Assembly (NCBI GenBank): GCA_963804165.1
Contig: CAWDPO010000001.1
Location: 96,001-160,000 of the forward strand
Source: an uncultured delta proteobacterium
GTDB lineage: Bacteria > Desulfobacterota > Binatia > UBA9968
DNA length: 64,000 bases
Direction: 5' to 3'
Of the stretch, positions 61,683-64,000 are shown in pieces. A program made the position numbers and the translations under genes. The notes below the pieces were generated by a model. It did not search any database. It was not told the DNA's origin and worked only from the letters and a program-made list of their open reading frames with translations. Position 1 is the first letter of the stretch, and each line of letters opens with the position of its first letter.

Positions 61683-63485
61683 TCAAGAATTCTTCTCGCA
61701 CTTCGCTCCTAGAGTTGGATCGCGCGTACGGTCGCGCGCCTTAAGCACGGCCAGTTTTGCGCGGATCCCGCTCTTGGCGCGAAACTGCGCCACGTTCGTG
61801 GACATTTTCACGAAATCCTCTAACAACCCGGCAAATCGTTTACTCCAAATCGACGGGTCCGAACCCTCATAAAGGTTACCGACGCTCAAGTCGTGACCTA
61901 ATCCACGAAATTCCAACAGTACGCCGCGGCCGTCTCTAAGTCCGTTAACGAGAAAGTCTTCCGCCTGGCACCCTGCGACAATCGTATCGCGGCTTCCCTT
62001 GATCAGGAGCGTCGCGGTCTCATGGCGAAAATCCGCGGGATTCCATGGGCAAATTTTTTCATCGGCGACGATGCCAATCCTTTTAGCTTGATCACGGCCA
62101 AACTTCTTGTCGTCTCCCGGGCCCGTTGCAAAACGTTCCAGGTCCTTTCCGGAATAGCACGCCTTCTCGCCCATCATCACGGATATCCAGCGCGCCACGC
62201 CGTCGTACACGCCATATACATAGTTGCCCCGTCGCGACTCGCGTCCTCCCATGCGCACGCGCAGTTCGTCTCTGGCGGCTTTGAGTCTCTCGCAGTATTC
62301 ACAGTCCGCCGCCGCGCCGCTAAACGGCGCGTCTTTCAAGCTGCAGCGGCTAGGATTCTCTGCCGTTAAATAATGCGCCAGCAGCAGCGCCGCGTTGATG
62401 CGGTTGCGGCTGTCCGCGACAAAAACCAGCGCGTCCTTTTCCGGCGCGCCGGTCATTTGCAGATAGCGCAACGCGGCAAAGAATTCTTTCGGGAACTGAG
62501 CGAATTGTTTTTGAAAGATCTGATCCTTATTGAGCGCGCCAAAGTTATCCACGATAAAATCAGCCGAGCCGTAGTTTTCATCGATCTCGGGGATGATTTT
62601 TTCCAATCGCTTGACGATTTTATCGACCAGATCACTTTTCAGGAAGCAAAAATTGTCGCTCGACCCGAGGCGGTTATCCATGATCGTGATTTGCGGGTCG
62701 GAAAAATCGGTGACGAGCTGCTTCAGAAACGACCCTGATGAGCACTGGCAATGGGCCACGCCCTGGGAACGATAGTAGCCATAAATCGCTTTGAGGTTTT
62801 CGATCGTCATGCGGGTGCGCGCGATCTGGGTCTCGGCCCGATGCCGGTCCACCGGCCCCGACAGGATCAGGCTCAGCACCTTCGGGCTCGGCTCCTTCGG
62901 CTTGCCGTATTTTGCCGCATAGCGCTGCGCGATGACCGTGCCCCAACTATGCGCGTAGATCGCATCCCACGCCCTCGTCCCGAGAATCTCTCGGCGCAGT
63001 TTTTCTATATCCTCCACGACATATTCGGCGCGCAGGAACTGATCGTATTCCTTGTTGCCGTCGATGGCGCTTTTTGCCATGCCGCGCGGGTGGAAATACA
63101 CGACGTTGTGCTTCTTTTCCAACAGCCTCAAAGTCGCGGATCTGCTGTCCGAGTCGACGATCGCCCCCGGCCCGCCGGGAATATAGAGGATGTTTAATCG
63201 CTGCTTTTTGCTTAAGTCGAATCCCGCCGCGAAAAAATAAGCGAGCTGGAAGGCGCATGCTGACGGCCTCTCGTTGCAACGAAAGTTGGCCGGAAAGAGT
63301 TTGCCGTCCGGCAGCAAACTTAATTTGAGTAGCTTGTCTTCCGCCTCTCCCGGCTCGCCCATATCCTTGCCTGTCCACGAATCGACTGAACTATCCGCAG
63401 CGAGAGCCGGCGGCGCAAAGATAAGCAGCAATAAGAAATAGAACGTCAATAAACGGGCCAGCATAATCTTGAATCCTTTTGTCAT
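61683..63485 (-). CDS. Secreted alpha/beta hydrolase (peptidase S33-like)
   Basis: Signal peptide (ALA-A), IPGGPG, HPRGM, AHSWG, GSRDTI, GLGHD; start overlaps the upstream stop (ATGA at 63482-63485) or lies at 63464. Confidence 0.8.
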   Translation of the reverse strand: MTKGFKIMLARLLTFYFLLLLIFAPPALAADSSVDSWTGKDMGEPGEAEDKLLKLSLLPDGKLFPANFRCNERPSACAFQLAYFFAAGFDLSKKQRLNILYIPGGPGAIVDSDSRSATLRLLEKKHNVVYFHPRGMAKSAIDGNKEYDQFLRAEYVVEDIEKLRREILGTRAWDAIYAHSWGTVIAQRYAAKYGKPKEPSPKVLSLILSGPVDRHRAETQIARTRMTIENLKAIYGYYRSQGVAHCQCSSGSFLKQLVTDFSDPQITIMDNRLGSSDNFCFLKSDLVDKIVKRLEKIIPEIDENYGSADFIVDNFGALNKDQIFQKQFAQFPKEFFAALRYLQMTGAPEKDALVFVADSRNRINAALLLAHYLTAENPSRCSLKDAPFSGAAADCEYCERLKAARDELRVRMGGRESRRGNYVYGVYDGVARWISVMMGEKACYSGKDLERFATGPGDDKKFGRDQAKRIGIVADEKICPWNPADFRHETATLLIKGSRDTIVAGCQAEDFLVNGLRDGRGVLLEFRGLGHDLSVGNLYEGSDPSIWSKRFAGLLEDFVKMSTNVAQFRAKSGIRAKLAVLKARDRTRDPTLGAKCEKNS

Positions 63486-64000
63486 CGCAGTGCCAAGCCG
63501 CTGATACGCCGCTCCGGATGCGCGACCATTTGCGCCAATATCCCGTAATAGTTTTGCAAAACCTTGGTGATCGCCGCGATGTCGAACAAATCGGTCTTGT
63601 AGTTTACAGCTCCCGTCAACCTCGTTGGCATCTCGTGCAAATGAAAGTTTACATCGAGCCGGGAAATCGCTATGCCTGGGTCCCCCACGCGATTTTTTCC
63701 GTTCCAAGACGCAATCGTTAGGCCATTACTTTCAGCTGGCGGAGTCGACAGATTTCTGTAGTTAAGCATCACCTGATATAGGGGAACTTTGCTTCTCCCT
63801 CGCCGCTTCTCGACCAGCGCTTCGACATACTCGAACGGCACGTCCTGATGGGCATACGCCTCGACGCAGGTCCGGCGCACGATTTTAAGAAATTCAGCCA
63901 CGTTCATTTTTGGTTGAATCGGCGTGCGCAGAACCAGCGCGTTGACGAAATAACCGATCATGCCATCAGTTCCGGGCTGAGCCCGGTTGGCGACCAGCGT
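63482..64000 (-). CDS. NRPS-type condensation domain, C-terminal part (truncated by window edge)
   Basis: TLVANR...MIGYFVNALVLR, AYAHQDVPFE, PLYQV, YKTDLFD; stop follows directly, no A domain. Confidence 0.88.
   Translation of the reverse strand, partial: TLVANRAQPGTDGMIGYFVNALVLRTPIQPKMNVAEFLKIVRRTCVEAYAHQDVPFEYVEALVEKRRGRSKVPLYQVMLNYRNLSTPPAESNGLTIASWNGKNRVGDPGIAISRLDVNFHLHEMPTRLTGAVNYKTDLFDIAAITKVLQNYYGILAQMVAHPERRISGLALR

Noticed and set aside
166-63721. Numerous antisense and overlapping ORFs in the six-frame track
   Set aside because: Shadow ORFs of GC-rich coding genes with no independent motif support

Overview
GC-rich bacterial chromosomal window. The gene families suggest an uncultured Deltaproteobacteria/Binatia-like organism, but that is inference only. 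Left part (1-25.6 kb): a multi-sensor histidine kinase, an enoyl-CoA hydratase, and a minus-strand cluster of redox/detox genes (thioredoxin, AhpD/CMD, GFA, SDRs, AKR, NADP oxidoreductase) beside an FhlA-like sigma54 activator. Four sigma54 promoters in this cluster share the same palindromic enhancer, TG[AC]CGA-N4-TCGGCA, about 100 bp upstream, and several genes are internally deleted remnants. Right part (25.7-57.3 kb): a ~31 kb minus-strand extracellular contractile injection system (Afp/PVC-like eCIS) with sheath, tube, Pvc16 cap, AAA ATPase, split VgrG-like spike, PAAR-like tip, gp25, two baseplate-J proteins, a tail protein and a DUF6519 beta-helix fibre. Embedded in it is a probable ~2,230-aa protein, split by one frameshift, with two DUF4157 domains, a PT-TG-like segment and a C-terminal SHH-type nuclease-like domain, and no adjacent immunity gene. 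The operon has a sigma54 promoter and three candidate enhancer sites, and lies under an apparent two-tier sigma54 activator cascade. The window ends in an alpha/beta hydrolase and a partial NRPS condensation domain. Frameshifts are dense at 26.6-37.6 kb and are probably read errors. No rRNA, tRNA or CRISPR array was recognised. All domain calls come from motif recognition by eye, not database searches.
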